From positions 128,001-192,000 of the forward strand of contig JACQQD010000005.1 in assembly GCA_016207165.1 (NCBI GenBank): a stretch of 64,000 nucleotides of DNA, written 5' to 3'. Positions 46,610 through 57,607 of this stretch are shown here, one piece after another. A model generated the notes under the pieces. That model made no database searches. It was given only the letters and a program-made list of their open reading frames with translations, and had not been told where the DNA came from. The position numbers and the translations under genes are program-made. Within the stretch, counting starts at the first letter, position 1, and each line of letters opens with the position of its first letter. Source of the DNA: Candidatus Micrarchaeota archaeon (GTDB taxonomy: Archaea > Micrarchaeota > Micrarchaeia > Norongarragalinales > Norongarragalinaceae).

Positions 46610-48094
46610 ATGGTAACATTCCCGAAGGATTTGGAAATCGCCAAAAAACTTCCATGGGCTCCGTACGCGGGAAGAAATTTGTCGTACTATTTCACGTACA
46701 TGCATTTGCGCGACACGTACGGCACGTTTTATGAACAACTGTTGGGCGTGCGCTTTGCCGCGCTTTTTGTCACGGCGGAAGGTTCCAAATGGCAGATGTA
46801 CCGCTCGCCGAAGGAATCCGAGCGACTCGAAAAACACGTGTACGCCGCTTCGGAGGACCCCGCCTACGTCCAGCGCGTCTTGGACCACACGCAAAAAACG
46901 TACGACGCGTTGGAGAACACCTGCCATCAGTACTTGAACCTGGACTTTACCGCCATGTCCAACGGTGAACTGGCAAAGCGGCTTGACGCCTTCCGTGACG
47001 TATACTTGAACGCCGTCGCCAGCATCTCCTGTTCCATCATTTTTGCCTCCGCCTTGTCCCAACGCATCGGCAAAGACGTTCCGGAGAACGATTTGCTCAA
47101 GATGGCCCTTCCATTGAAAAAGACCATTCCGCTTGAAGAGGAACTGGCTTTTTGGCAATTGGTGGCAACACTCCAAATACAAGACGCGTTTCCCATCGCG
47201 TCCCTGGAAACACTTTCTCCGAGCACCCGCGCGTTGGTCCAAAAACACTTCGACGCGTACTTGTGGCTGGAAGCGTACGAGAACGACCCGATTTGGCGCA
47301 TGCAGGACTTCGTTTCGCGGTTGAACGACGCCGCCAACCAAGACGCATCCGCCAAACGCAGCCACCTTGAACGCCGCCACGACGAGCAAGACCAGGAAAT
47401 CGAGGCGCTCCGGAAAAAACACGGCGTGGACGCCCTCCCACTCAACCAGTTCCGCCAAGCCATGTACTACCGCATCCTGGGCGAAAGCCTGGTGGGCCTG
47501 GCCAACCACGCCACGCAGAAACTGTTTGCCGCCATTGCCAAGAAACTGTTTTTGCCGTTGAACCAAATCAAGTGGTTCTCCGACGAGGAACTCACCTCCG
47601 CGCTTCGCGGCCACCTGGACCTGGACGTGCTGTCCGGCCGGCTTTCTCAACGCCAGCAAATCTACCTCATTGCCTTGGGCGAGAAAAACGTGCACGCCTT
47701 TGAAGGCCGCCGCGACGTCAAATCCATTCTGGACCAGTTCGACGTGGAGGAACCCGAACTTGAACCAGTCACGGAAATCCGCGGCGTTTCAGCTTACCCT
47801 GGAAAAGTCCAAGGCATCGCCCGCGTCGTGCATGACGTGAGCGAACTGGAAAAAGTAAAGCAAGGCGACATCCTCGTCACCCTGAACACCACGCCTTCGT
47901 TTGTGTTGGCCATGAAGCGTTCTGCCGCTATCGTCACCGACGAAGGTGGCATCACGTGTCACGCCGCCATCGTTTCGCGGGAACTGGGCATCCCCTGCAT
48001 CATTGGCACCAAAGCCGGCACGCGCCTGATCCGCGACGGCGCTAAAATCGAAGTGGACGCCGCGTCGGGCCTCGTTCGTCACTTGGACGATTAG
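46610..48094 (+). CDS. Helical domain + PEP-utilising phospho-His swivel domain protein, paralog 1
   Basis: C-terminal TDEGGITCHAAIVSRELGIPCIIGT; no ATP-grasp or TIM barrel. Confidence 0.85.
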   Translation: MVTFPKDLEIAKKLPWAPYAGRNLSYYFTYMHLRDTYGTFYEQLLGVRFAALFVTAEGSKWQMYRSPKESERLEKHVYAASEDPAYVQRVLDHTQKTYDALENTCHQYLNLDFTAMSNGELAKRLDAFRDVYLNAVASISCSIIFASALSQRIGKDVPENDLLKMALPLKKTIPLEEELAFWQLVATLQIQDAFPIASLETLSPSTRALVQKHFDAYLWLEAYENDPIWRMQDFVSRLNDAANQDASAKRSHLERRHDEQDQEIEALRKKHGVDALPLNQFRQAMYYRILGESLVGLANHATQKLFAAIAKKLFLPLNQIKWFSDEELTSALRGHLDLDVLSGRLSQRQQIYLIALGEKNVHAFEGRRDVKSILDQFDVEEPELEPVTEIRGVSAYPGKVQGIARVVHDVSELEKVKQGDILVTLNTTPSFVLAMKRSAAIVTDEGGITCHAAIVSRELGIPCIIGTKAGTRLIRDGAKIEVDAASGLVRHLDD

Positions 48095-48115
48095 GCGTCC
48101 ATTGGTCATGCATCC

Positions 48116-48247
48116 ATGGCGTTGACGTGCGCGTTTGAACTCGTCGTCATCCTCGTCGTATCCTACTTTTTCTGGGGCATGATTGGCAACCGCGACCGGC
48201 CGGAGCGGAAGCCCGAGCCCTGGGTAAGGAAAATAAACTGGAAGTGA
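48116..48247 (+). CDS. Small single-TM protein (43 aa)
   Basis: MALTCAFELVVILVVSYFFWGMIGNRDRPERKPEPWVRKINWK fills the intergenic gap. Confidence 0.55.
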   Translation: MALTCAFELVVILVVSYFFWGMIGNRDRPERKPEPWVRKINWK

Positions 48248-48290
48248 CTTCCGTCAGGAAAAACCCATTAAAATCCCGTTGCCTACGTTC

Positions 48291-49856
48291 ATGCCTATGA
48301 AATGGTTCGTGATGGAGGTCTGCCCCCGCAGCCACCCCCTCATGCTGGTGCCGCCCATGATTGGCTTTGCGGACTTGCGTGAATTCGGCGCTCCGGTGCC
48401 CATCGACTATTCGCTCATCGACAGCCGCCGCGGCGACGAGAAACTTATTTTCCCCCGTGAACCCTTCTCCAAAGCCGGCCACGCCATTCTGGAAAAGCTG
48501 TTGGCGAACACCGAGTGGGGTTTGGAGCATAACCAGTCCATTACCGCCTATGGAGAAAAATTTCTCAAAAAAACCGACGAGTTGCTCAAGGACGTGGACG
48601 TCAAGTCCAAAACCAATGAGGAACTCGCCAGCATTTACGAGACGCTCTATGAGTTCCAACGCAAGTCCCACGTGTCCGGCTTGGTCTGGGTGGTGCTGGA
48701 ATTCGATCATCAACTGCTCACCCGTTACCTGGTGGATTACCTCAAGCAAACCATCCAATCCAACCACCTTACGCTGAAGGCCGCCGAAGCCTTCTCGGTT
48801 TTGACTACGCCCACCAAAGACAGCTTCGCCCAACGCGAAGAACGCTCGCTTCTCGAAACCGCTTCCCAAGTCCAAGACGTCCGCCTCAAGAACCTCTTCG
48901 CCTCCACCGACTTGGACGCCTTGGACGTCAAGCTCCCCAAAATGCATCCGTCCCTTTCAAGGCAAATCGACGACCACGTCAAGCATTTTGCCTGGTTGCC
49001 CTACATGTACGAAGGACCGGCCTGGAACCGCAAATACTTCCTGCAAGTCCTTCAAGGCCTGCTCAAAGAGGACGTAGCCGCGCTTTTGGAAACCGCGAGA
49101 ACCCGCCACGAGAAAACCCGCGCCCGCCAGCAAGAAATCCTGCAATGGCTTGAACTAGACGAAAAACACGAAACCCTCTTGGAAGTGGCCCAAGGAATGG
49201 TGTTTACCAAGGGCTACCGAAAAGACGTGTTGTACCACTTCTTCTGGAAAATGGAGCCGTACCTCAAGGAAGTCGGAAAACGCCTGGGGTTGACCGTCAA
49301 GCAAGTCCGGCGCTTGATGCCCTGGGAAATCCCCGCCGCCCTGCGAGGGCAACCCGTGGACGCCAATGAACTCAACTCCCGCTTCGAGCATTACGTGCAA
49401 TACGTCCACGCCGGAAAACGAGAAATTTATTCCGGAAAAGCCGCCGAAAAATTCCTGGAACGCTTCGACTTGGAAACCATGAATGCCGCTTCCGGCGTCC
49501 GCGAATTGAAAGGCGATTGTGCGTGCCCCGGCCGCGCCCGAGGAGCCGTTAAAATCATAGAGTCCCCGGCGGATATGGCCAAGTTCAACTCCGGCGACGT
49601 GTTGGTGGCCCACGCCACCAATCCCGACGTGGTTCCCGCCATGAAAAAAGCGTCCGCCATTGTCACGGACATGGGCGGCATCACGTGCCACGCCGCCATC
49701 GTTTCCAGAGAACTAAAGATTCCCTGCGTGATCGGCACGAAAATCGCTACCGCCGCTTTAAGAGACGGCGACGTGGTGGATGTGGACGCCAACCATGGTT
49801 TGGTGTGCAAGCTTGATTCCAATGCCAGCCATGGCCTGGCTCTTAAAATCCGTTGA
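48291..49856 (+). CDS. Helical domain + phospho-His swivel domain protein, paralog 2
   Basis: TDMGGITCHAAIVSRELKIPCVIGT. Confidence 0.85.
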   Translation: MPMKWFVMEVCPRSHPLMLVPPMIGFADLREFGAPVPIDYSLIDSRRGDEKLIFPREPFSKAGHAILEKLLANTEWGLEHNQSITAYGEKFLKKTDELLKDVDVKSKTNEELASIYETLYEFQRKSHVSGLVWVVLEFDHQLLTRYLVDYLKQTIQSNHLTLKAAEAFSVLTTPTKDSFAQREERSLLETASQVQDVRLKNLFASTDLDALDVKLPKMHPSLSRQIDDHVKHFAWLPYMYEGPAWNRKYFLQVLQGLLKEDVAALLETARTRHEKTRARQQEILQWLELDEKHETLLEVAQGMVFTKGYRKDVLYHFFWKMEPYLKEVGKRLGLTVKQVRRLMPWEIPAALRGQPVDANELNSRFEHYVQYVHAGKREIYSGKAAEKFLERFDLETMNAASGVRELKGDCACPGRARGAVKIIESPADMAKFNSGDVLVAHATNPDVVPAMKKASAIVTDMGGITCHAAIVSRELKIPCVIGTKIATAALRDGDVVDVDANHGLVCKLDSNASHGLALKIR

Positions 49857-49920
49857 CCCGTCATGTGGCGTCCAAAGAATCAAAAAGCAATCCCAACACC
49901 CTTGTAACGGTGTTTTCTCC

Positions 49921-50862
49921 ATGAGCTTCATTCTTCCATTTACTCAGTTGTCCAAAGACCACGTCTCCATTGCCGGCGGCAAGGGAGCCCAATTGGGAGA
50001 AATGACGCAAGCTGGCATTTCCGTGCCTCCAGGCTTCGTCGTCCTGACGGCCTCCTTTGACGAAATGCTGGAGGAAAACAACCTCAAAAACAGCATCCAG
50101 GAAATCCTCAAGAGCGTGGACCCCAAGAACACGGAAACCGTCAACTTGGCCTCCGAACAAATCCGGCACATCATCTCCAAAGCGCATGTGCCGCACAACG
50201 TGGAAAAGGAAATCCACTCCGCCTTCGACGCGTTGGACGCCATGTTCGTGGCCGTCCGTTCCAGCGCCACCGCCGAAGACGCCTCCACGGCGTCGTGGGC
50301 CGGGGAACTGGAAACCTACTTGAACGTAGAGCGCGACGGCCTGATTGCCGCCGTCAAGAAATGCTGGTCCTCTCTTTTTACTCCCCGCGCGATTTTTTAC
50401 CGATTCGAAAAAGGCATGGCGCACTTGGACATTTCGGTAGCGGTGGTCGTCCAGAAAATGGTGCAGAGCGAGGTTTCCGGCGTGGCGTTCACCGTTCACC
50501 CCGTCACCAAGGACCCAAACCAGTTGGTCATCGAGGCGGGCTGGGGATTGGGGGAAGCCGTGGTCGGCGGCCTCATTACTCCGGACAACTACGTGGTGGA
50601 CAAGGCCGAAGAGCTGATTTTGGACGTGACGGTCAACTCCCAAGACAAGATGATTGCCAAAGACAAAACCGGCCAAACCCATGAAGTTCCGGTGCCCCCG
50701 GAAAAACGCGAGAAACAGAAACTCGACGGAAAAACCATCATGAAGTTGGCGGCCTTGTTCCAGCGCATCGAGCACCACTACGGAAAGCCGCAGGACATCG
50801 AGTGGGCCTGGGAAAAAGGCGAGACGTTCGTCGTGCAAACCCGGCCAATTACCACCCTCTGA
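49921..50862 (+). CDS. Stand-alone PEP synthase/PPDK N-terminal ATP-grasp domain
   Basis: GGKGAQLGE, VPPGF, AVRSSATAED, SGVAFT, GLGEAVV, PQDIEW, ends QTRPITTL-stop. Confidence 0.92.
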   Translation: MSFILPFTQLSKDHVSIAGGKGAQLGEMTQAGISVPPGFVVLTASFDEMLEENNLKNSIQEILKSVDPKNTETVNLASEQIRHIISKAHVPHNVEKEIHSAFDALDAMFVAVRSSATAEDASTASWAGELETYLNVERDGLIAAVKKCWSSLFTPRAIFYRFEKGMAHLDISVAVVVQKMVQSEVSGVAFTVHPVTKDPNQLVIEAGWGLGEAVVGGLITPDNYVVDKAEELILDVTVNSQDKMIAKDKTGQTHEVPVPPEKREKQKLDGKTIMKLAALFQRIEHHYGKPQDIEWAWEKGETFVVQTRPITTL

Positions 50863-50975
50863 ATATTCTTTTAAGAATATTTTTTGTTTACTTTATTCTG
50901 TCTTTGCCCTTTCCGCAACATATAAATACCGACGGCCATATCATTGTTACTAAAAAGTAGTAACAAGTGAGCTTC

Positions 50976-51149
50976 ATGGTTTTGGAAAGCATTGCCTTTG
51001 CCTTGGTCTTCGGCGGCGCCGTTTTTGCGTGGCAGATGTTCACGCAACCCCTCAAGACACGCTCCGCCAGAACCAACTACGGCGCGGCCGAAATGTACCC
51101 CCACGCCAAATTCCGGGACTACAAGCCCTACGCCCACGCCGACTACTAG
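50976..51149 (+). CDS. Small single-TM protein
   Basis: MVLESIAFALVFGGAVFAWQ... with TATAAATA box upstream. Confidence 0.55.
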   Translation: MVLESIAFALVFGGAVFAWQMFTQPLKTRSARTNYGAAEMYPHAKFRDYKPYAHADY

Positions 51150-51226
51150 TCGGAACCCATTCCATTACTTTCTTACCCCCCGCCCCAGCGTCAGCTCTTT
51201 AACCGCCTTTAGCCATTCTCCCTATC

Positions 51227-51871
51227 ATGTGGGTGGCTACTTTCAAAGCGTGGCACGAATCGCGTTTTTTGCGCCTCACGGAACGCCTCGACGTGCGCAT
51301 GACGGCCTACTACTTGAATACCTTTCGGGAGCGCGGCCAAACCGTGATCAACCGCCTGACGTTCGTGGAGGGCCCGGACGCCGAAAAAGCCATCCAATCC
51401 ATTCTAGAGGAGCCGCGCATCAAAGTCGTTGAACGCACCGGCAACCAGCTCATCTACCAATTGCCGGAACTTCGGGGCTTTCACAACGTGGTGGCCGACC
51501 GCCGGTTCATCTTCGTCAAACCCATGTACGTGGAAAACGGTTTTGAGTATTGGACCGTGGCGTCGCTTCGCAAGAAAGACTTGCTTTCGTTGTACCGCAA
51601 TCTCAAGAAACTCAAGTTCAAAGCCACGGTGGACCTCTTGTCCATCCACCCGCAAACCCCGCGCTTCATGCACTACGGGTTGTTGACGGATTTGACCGAC
51701 AAACAGCGAAAGGTGCTGGATGCCGCGTTTGCCTTGGGGTATTATTCCTATCCCCGGCGCACCGACGCACGGGGCCTGGCCAAGGCACTGGGCATTCCGT
51801 ACACGACCTGCATGGAGCACCTGCGGAAAGCCGAGTCCAAGGTTATGGAGGCCCTATCCGGAAAGCCGTAA
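51227..51871 (+). CDS. HTH-10 transcriptional regulator, paralog 2
   Basis: MWVATFKAWH; LTDKQ...GYYSYPR...EHLRKAESK. Confidence 0.87.
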   Translation: MWVATFKAWHESRFLRLTERLDVRMTAYYLNTFRERGQTVINRLTFVEGPDAEKAIQSILEEPRIKVVERTGNQLIYQLPELRGFHNVVADRRFIFVKPMYVENGFEYWTVASLRKKDLLSLYRNLKKLKFKATVDLLSIHPQTPRFMHYGLLTDLTDKQRKVLDAAFALGYYSYPRRTDARGLAKALGIPYTTCMEHLRKAESKVMEALSGKP

Positions 51872-51916
51872 TAGTACGGCACCACTTTTTTATTCCGCTC
51901 CAGCCACCGCAAACCC

Positions 51917-53344
51917 ATGGAATTGGAAGTCCTGGAGCACGAGTTCAACGCCGCACCGTTTCCCATTTTCTGCGTGGGTGAAGCCGTCACCACGCGATGG
52001 AAGCCTCACCTGGGCCGAAACGTGGACGTGTTCGCCATGGACTTGGACGGCACGAAACTCCGCTGGATTCTGTCGATGGATTCCTGGAACGCCTGCGCCG
52101 ACGCGTTGTTCGACGTTTTCTCCAAAGACCCCGATTCCTTTTGGATTCTGGAAAAAAACGTCCGACGCACCGTGTCTGAACTTTGGGACTTCGCCAAAGA
52201 CTGGAAGACGCGCGACTTCTCGGCGTGCGCCCACCCCGAACTTTTTTCCCTCTACGCCGGTTTTCTGCAACGGCTCCGCACCACCTTTGAATACGGCGTA
52301 CTGCTGAGCATCGCCGATTTTAACCCGCCCAAGCTGACGTTGCACCTGCAAGCCATCGCGCAAAAGCGCTTCGGCGAAAACGCCAACGCCGCGTTTACCA
52401 CCCTGACGACCAACGTCGACGAGCACACCTACCAAAAGGACGAGGAACTGGATTTCCTGCGCATTCTAGCGCTTCCGGAAAGCCGCCGCCCCGACGCCAT
52501 CCGCGAACACGCCGAACGATTTGGGTTTCTCTCGTACGGATATCGGGGGCCCGTGACGTGGACGGAAGCCTACTTTGCGGAATTGGTGGCGGCGAGTGCC
52601 ACCCCGGGCTTGGGCCCCGCGCAAAAGCTGAAGCAACATGAGTACGACGCCCAAAAAACCCGGGAAGCCATCCACGTCCTTGAATCCAAATTGTCCGACG
52701 AAGAAAAAAAGTGGTTTTCCATTGGAAGAAAACTCGTATTCTTGAAGCCTTGGCGCAAGGAAAGCCAAATTAGGACCTATCCATTGGCTGAACGGCTTTT
52801 GCGGGAAATCGCCAAACGCCTCGACGTTCCACTGGAAGCCACCAAGTACCTCACGGAAGACGAAATGAAGACGGCGTTGCTGGATGGCCGCGTGGATGTG
52901 GATGAACTCATGGCCCGCAAAAAACGGTGCTTCGTCTTGAGTCAGAACGGCCGAACCGCGATTTACTCCGGCGAAAGAGCCGAAGCGTGGTCCGCCCAAG
53001 TCAAGCCCGAAGAGATTCCCGACGTTCAATTTCTTTCCGGCACTCCGGCCACCGTCGGCCACGTGAAAGGAACGGTATGCATCGTGAACGCGCCCGAGGA
53101 CATCGCCAAAATGAAGGAGGGCTTTATTCTTCTCAGCGTGGCCACCAACCCCTTCCTCATGCCGGCCATCAAGAAAGCGGCGGCCATCGTCACCGACCAA
53201 GGCGGGCTGACGTGCCACGCCGCCATCGTTTCGCGGGAATTCAACATTCCGTGCGTGGTGGGCACGCGTCATGCCACCCGCATCTTTAAAGACGGCGATT
53301 CCATCGAAGTGGACGCCAAGCTTGGCATCGTCAAAAAGGTGTAA
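51917..53344 (+). CDS. Helical domain + phospho-His swivel domain protein, paralog 3
   Basis: TDQGGLTCHAAIVSREFNIPCVVGT. Confidence 0.85.
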   Translation: MELEVLEHEFNAAPFPIFCVGEAVTTRWKPHLGRNVDVFAMDLDGTKLRWILSMDSWNACADALFDVFSKDPDSFWILEKNVRRTVSELWDFAKDWKTRDFSACAHPELFSLYAGFLQRLRTTFEYGVLLSIADFNPPKLTLHLQAIAQKRFGENANAAFTTLTTNVDEHTYQKDEELDFLRILALPESRRPDAIREHAERFGFLSYGYRGPVTWTEAYFAELVAASATPGLGPAQKLKQHEYDAQKTREAIHVLESKLSDEEKKWFSIGRKLVFLKPWRKESQIRTYPLAERLLREIAKRLDVPLEATKYLTEDEMKTALLDGRVDVDELMARKKRCFVLSQNGRTAIYSGERAEAWSAQVKPEEIPDVQFLSGTPATVGHVKGTVCIVNAPEDIAKMKEGFILLSVATNPFLMPAIKKAAAIVTDQGGLTCHAAIVSREFNIPCVVGTRHATRIFKDGDSIEVDAKLGIVKKV

Positions 53345-53364
53345 CTCGGCGTGAAGCCCGTCAT

Positions 53365-53685
53365 TCAGTGTCGTGAAGGCCCTGGAGTATTCCGAATGGC
53401 TGCAGAAGCAATGCGCTTGACCAATTCTTTGCGATTGCCTTTATCAATGAACGGATGACAAACGACTTCGACTTTCGGTATGTGCCGCAAAGCAGACTGG
53501 ACTTCCATCCAATCCCAGAATTCATGCAAGACCTTCTCAGTCCAGCCAGAAAAAGTTTTGATGGGTTCTGCCGCAAGCTGCTGTTCGAGCCGGACTGGTT
53601 TTCCGCCCTTCAAAATCCGATTCCGCACTTCCAAATGCAAGTTCCCTGAACCCGCATCTTCTCTTAACGCAATATAGACGTGCAT
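53365..53685 (-). CDS. Hypothetical protein
   Basis: 106-aa ATG-started ORF filling the gap before hutH. Confidence 0.4.
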   Translation of the reverse strand: MHVYIALREDAGSGNLHLEVRNRILKGGKPVRLEQQLAAEPIKTFSGWTEKVLHEFWDWMEVQSALRHIPKVEVVCHPFIDKGNRKELVKRIASAAIRNTPGPSRH

Positions 53686-53757
53686 TGGGTTCCAACGACT
53701 TATTCATTCCGCAGCCTTAAAATGCTTTCATTCACAAGTTTGGCTCAGGTGGGAAGA

Positions 53758-55272
53758 TTGATCGAACTAGGCCAACGCCTTCTTACAGTTGAAGACATCG
53801 TCCACGTAGCGCGCGAAAACGAAAAAGTCGAGTTGTCCCCCCTTGCGCGCCAACGCATCCAATCCGCCCGAAAAGTCGTCGACGACACGTTAGCCTCAGG
53901 AATTGTGGCGTACGCCATCAACACCGGGTTTGGCGCACTCAAAAACAAGGTCATCAACCTCCAAGACCAGGAACAACTCCAGAAAAATTTCCTGGCCAGC
54001 CACGCCGTCGGCGTTGGAACCGCGTTTCCGGAAGAAGTCAGCCGCGCCATGCTGTTGATTCACGCCAACTCCTTGGCTTTGGGCCACTCCGGCATCCGCC
54101 TTCAAACCGTTGAAACCATGTTGAAACTTCTCAATAAGGGCGTCCACCCCATCATTCCGGAGAAAGGCTCGGTGGGAGCCAGCGGCGACTTGGCTCCACA
54201 GGCCCACATGGCGCAAGTGCTCACCGGACAAGGCGAGGCCGCCTACAAAAGCCAACGCATGCCCGCCAATGAAGCAATGAACGCCGCCGGAATTGCCCCC
54301 ATTATACTGGAAGCCAAGGAGGGCCTGTCCCTTTCCAACGGCACCGCCGCCATGACCGCCGTTGGGGCGCTGTGCGTTTTTGACGCTGAAGTGCTGGCCG
54401 AAACCGCGGACGTGACCGCCGCCATGTCGCTGGAGGCGTTGATGGGAACCGACGCGGCCTTGGATGAGAAAATCCACGCCCTAAAGCCTCACGCCGGACA
54501 AAAAATCGTTGCCGCCCACATGGGGTCCCTTACCAAGGACAGTCAAATCATGGCTTCCCACAAAGACTGCGACCGCGTCCAAGACGCGTACAGTCTCCGC
54601 TGCATTCCGCAGGTTCACGGCGCGTCGCGCGACGCGATTGCCTACGCAAAAAAAGTGGTGGAAACCGAGATGAACTCGGCGACGGACAACCCACTCATCT
54701 TCGAAAACGGCCAAGTCATTTCCGGAGGCAACTTCCACGGCCAGCCCGTGGCCTTGGCCATGGACTTTTTGGGCATTGCCGTGGCCGAGCTGGGCAGCAT
54801 TTCCGAGCGGCGCACCTTCCGTTTGGTGGACCCCAAGCTCAACGAAGGCCTTCCCCCCTTTTTGGTAAAAGACAGCGGTTTGAACACCGGGTACATGATC
54901 CTGCAATACACGGCCGCCGCCTTGGTTTCGGAAAACAAGGTTCTTTCCCACCCCGCATCCGTGGACTCCATTCCCACGTGCGCCAACCAAGAAGACCACG
55001 TCAGCATGGGCACCATCGCCGCCCGGAAAGCCGCGCAAATCATTGACCACGTCCAGCACGTCGCTGCCGTTGAAGCGCTGTGCGCCGCCCAAGCCCTGGA
55101 TTTCCGCTTGCCCTTGAAATCCGGGGAAGGCACCCGCAAGGCGCATGCCTGCGTGCGCGCAAAGGTGCCTCACATGGAAAACGACCGTCCCGTGCAACCC
55201 GACGTGTTACGCGTTCTGGAATTGATCAAAACCGGCCAACTGTTGCAATCCACGAAACAAAAAAGGGGTTGA
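53758..55272 (+). CDS. hutH: Histidine ammonia-lyase
   Basis: [16 protein letters not shown] (MIO), [22 protein letters not shown]; start (TTG after AGGTG) uncertain. Confidence 0.95.
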   Translation: MIELGQRLLTVEDIVHVARENEKVELSPLARQRIQSARKVVDDTLASGIVAYAINTGFGALKNKVINLQDQEQLQKNFLASHAVGVGTAFPEEVSRAMLLIHANSLALGHSGIRLQTVETMLKLLNKGVHPIIPEKGSVGASGDLAPQAHMAQVLTGQGEAAYKSQRMPANEAMNAAGIAPIILEAKEGLSLSNGTAAMTAVGALCVFDAEVLAETADVTAAMSLEALMGTDAALDEKIHALKPHAGQKIVAAHMGSLTKDSQIMASHKDCDRVQDAYSLRCIPQVHGASRDAIAYAKKVVETEMNSATDNPLIFENGQVISGGNFHGQPVALAMDFLGIAVAELGSISERRTFRLVDPKLNEGLPPFLVKDSGLNTGYMILQYTAAALVSENKVLSHPASVDSIPTCANQEDHVSMGTIAARKAAQIIDHVQHVAAVEALCAAQALDFRLPLKSGEGTRKAHACVRAKVPHMENDRPVQPDVLRVLELIKTGQLLQSTKQKRG

Positions 55273-55277
55273 CCTTC

Positions 55278-56975
55278 ATGTCTCGGCCCATGTTTTACGA
55301 AGAACGCCCCGCCAAACCGGTTTACCCCAACACGGAAAAGGTTTGCAAGACGTGGGAAGCCGAAGCCGCATTGCGCATGCTGCAGAACAACGTCAGCCCG
55401 CCCATCGCCGTGCAACCCGAGGAACTCATCGTGTACGGCGGATCGGGCCGGGCCTCCCGAAACTGGCGCGCCTACAACGACATCGTCAAGTGCCTTGAAA
55501 AATTGGAGCCCGATGAAACCCTCTTGGTGCAATCCGGAAAACCGGTCGCCGTTTTCCAGACTTTCGACCACGCGCCCCGGGTCTTGATCGCCAACTCGAA
55601 TTTGGTTCCGCACTGGGCCACGCAAGCCGAGTTTGACCGACTGGATTTAATGGGTTTGACGATGTACGGACAGATGACGGCCGGGTCCTGGATTTACATC
55701 GGCACGCAAGGCATCCTGCAAGGCACCTATGAAACCTTTTCAGCCCTGGCCAAAAAACACTTCGGCGCCTCCAGCTTGAAAGGCAAATTCGTCTTGACGG
55801 CCGGAATGGGCGGCATGTCCGGCGCACAACCCCACGCCGTCACCTTCAACGAAGGCGTGGTTCTGGATGTGGAAGTTCGGCCCGAACGTGTAAAGCGAAA
55901 GGTCAAGGAAGGTTATTGCGACCAAATGACGGAAAACCTGGATGAAGCCCTGTCTTGGGTGACGTCTGCCCAAAACCAAGGGACCCCGCTTTCCGTTGGT
56001 CTGGTGGGCAACGCCGCCACCATTCACGCCGAACTGGTGCGCCGCAACGTCACCCCCGACATCGTCACCGACCAAACCTCGGCCCACGACCTCCTCTCTT
56101 ACGTCCCGGAAGGGCCCTTGCAGGAAATGGACCGCCTCCGCGAAAAAAATCCAGATGAATACCGCCGGCAGTCCCTGGCATCCATCCAAAAACAGGTGGC
56201 CGCGATTTTGGAAATGCAAAAACGCGGCTCCATTTGCTTTGACTACGGCAATAATCTGCGCCGCCAAGCCGAAATTGCGGGCGTGCAAGGAATTCGAAAA
56301 ACCGACGGCACCGGGCAGTGGGCCTATCCCGGTTTTGTTCTCGAATATGTTCGCCCGCTGTTTTGTGAAGGCAAAGGCCCGTTCCGCTGGGCGGCGCTTT
56401 CCGGCAACCCCAAAGACATTCAAGTCATTGACGACGCTCTTCTGGACACGTTTCCGGACGACAAAGCGCTGGCCCGCTGGATCCAATTGGCCCAAAAGAA
56501 GGTGCCGCAAATCGGTCTTCCTTGCCGCGTCTGCTGGCTGGGCTTTGGTGAACGCGCAAAATTCGGCAAAACCATCAACTCGCTTGTCGCCTCCGGCGAA
56601 GTAAGCGCCCCCATCGTGATCGGCCGCGACCATTTGGACTCGGGGTCCGTGGCCTCGCCCAACCGGGAAACGGAAGGCATGAAGGACGGCTCGGACGCCA
56701 TCGCGGACTGGCCCATTTTAAACGCCTTGATCAACACGGCCGCGGGCGCGGACTGGGTGTCGTTTCACCACGGCGGAGGCGTCGGCATCGGCTACAGTCT
56801 GCATGCCGGCATGGTCGTGGTGGCCACCGGCACCACGGAAAAAGAAAAACGGCTGGAACGCGTCCTGACTACGGATCCCGGCATGGGCATCGCGCGACAC
56901 GCCGACGCGGGCTACGACATCGCCATCAAGACGGCGAAAAGAAAAGGCGTCAAGATTCCAAGAATCACGGTCTAA
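55278..56975 (+). CDS. hutU: Urocanate hydratase
   Basis: [36 protein letters not shown]. Confidence 0.96.
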   Translation: MSRPMFYEERPAKPVYPNTEKVCKTWEAEAALRMLQNNVSPPIAVQPEELIVYGGSGRASRNWRAYNDIVKCLEKLEPDETLLVQSGKPVAVFQTFDHAPRVLIANSNLVPHWATQAEFDRLDLMGLTMYGQMTAGSWIYIGTQGILQGTYETFSALAKKHFGASSLKGKFVLTAGMGGMSGAQPHAVTFNEGVVLDVEVRPERVKRKVKEGYCDQMTENLDEALSWVTSAQNQGTPLSVGLVGNAATIHAELVRRNVTPDIVTDQTSAHDLLSYVPEGPLQEMDRLREKNPDEYRRQSLASIQKQVAAILEMQKRGSICFDYGNNLRRQAEIAGVQGIRKTDGTGQWAYPGFVLEYVRPLFCEGKGPFRWAALSGNPKDIQVIDDALLDTFPDDKALARWIQLAQKKVPQIGLPCRVCWLGFGERAKFGKTINSLVASGEVSAPIVIGRDHLDSGSVASPNRETEGMKDGSDAIADWPILNALINTAAGADWVSFHHGGGVGIGYSLHAGMVVVATGTTEKEKRLERVLTTDPGMGIARHADAGYDIAIKTAKRKGVKIPRITV

Positions 56976-57589
56976 CGCTTGGAATAAACAATTTTCAACA
57001 TCGAATTTTTCTGGTTTTCCGCTTTTTCCAGGTTCGCCGCCAATTGCGTTCTGACTTCGTTGACGAACGGTTCGTCCTTGATGGCCGCCAAATTGATTTT
57101 CACGTTGTACCCCGCGCCTTGCAACCCCGCGTACGTCATCTGGATGCCGGTGCCCACATCGGAGGCCACGTTCGGGCTGGAAAGTTGGGCAATAGTTTGT
57201 CCGGCCTCCAAGACGCTCAACGCGCACTGCATCGTTTCCAGCGGAGCGGTTGCGGCGTTTTTGAAAGCGGATTGGATGGCGGCAACGCGTTTGTTTTTTT
57301 CTTCTTCCGAGTTTTTCGGCAACGCAAACGCGGCCATAACCTGTTTGAACGCCTCGGTGTCTTCGTCCACCAACTTCATCAATCGTTCTCTTTCTTTTTC
57401 CAGTTGGGGCAACAAGTCGGACAAGGCGGCGTTGGCCTCTTTTTTCGTGGAAATGCGAATCGCCATGCACAGCAAGCCCGCGCCCAGTGCCGCAGACAAG
57501 GCCGCGACCGAGCCGCCGCCGGGAGCCGGCGAATCGGAGGCCACGGCGTCAACGAAGTCGAGGACTTTTTTTTCAACGAGTTTTTCCAT
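56972..57589 (-). CDS. Formiminotetrahydrofolate cyclodeaminase
   Basis: [24 protein letters not shown]. Confidence 0.88.
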   Translation of the reverse strand: MEKLVEKKVLDFVDAVASDSPAPGGGSVAALSAALGAGLLCMAIRISTKKEANAALSDLLPQLEKERERLMKLVDEDTEAFKQVMAAFALPKNSEEEKNKRVAAIQSAFKNAATAPLETMQCALSVLEAGQTIAQLSSPNVASDVGTGIQMTYAGLQGAGYNVKINLAAIKDEPFVNEVRTQLAANLEKAENQKNSMLKIVYSKR

Positions 57590-57607
57590 GCCGTGTTACA
57601 CTCCGGT

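Noticed and set aside
49921-50862. Truncated or frameshifted ppsA pseudogene
   Set aside because: It ends cleanly at the domain boundary (QTRPITTL-stop) with no downstream remnant, and intact swivel-domain genes exist separately.
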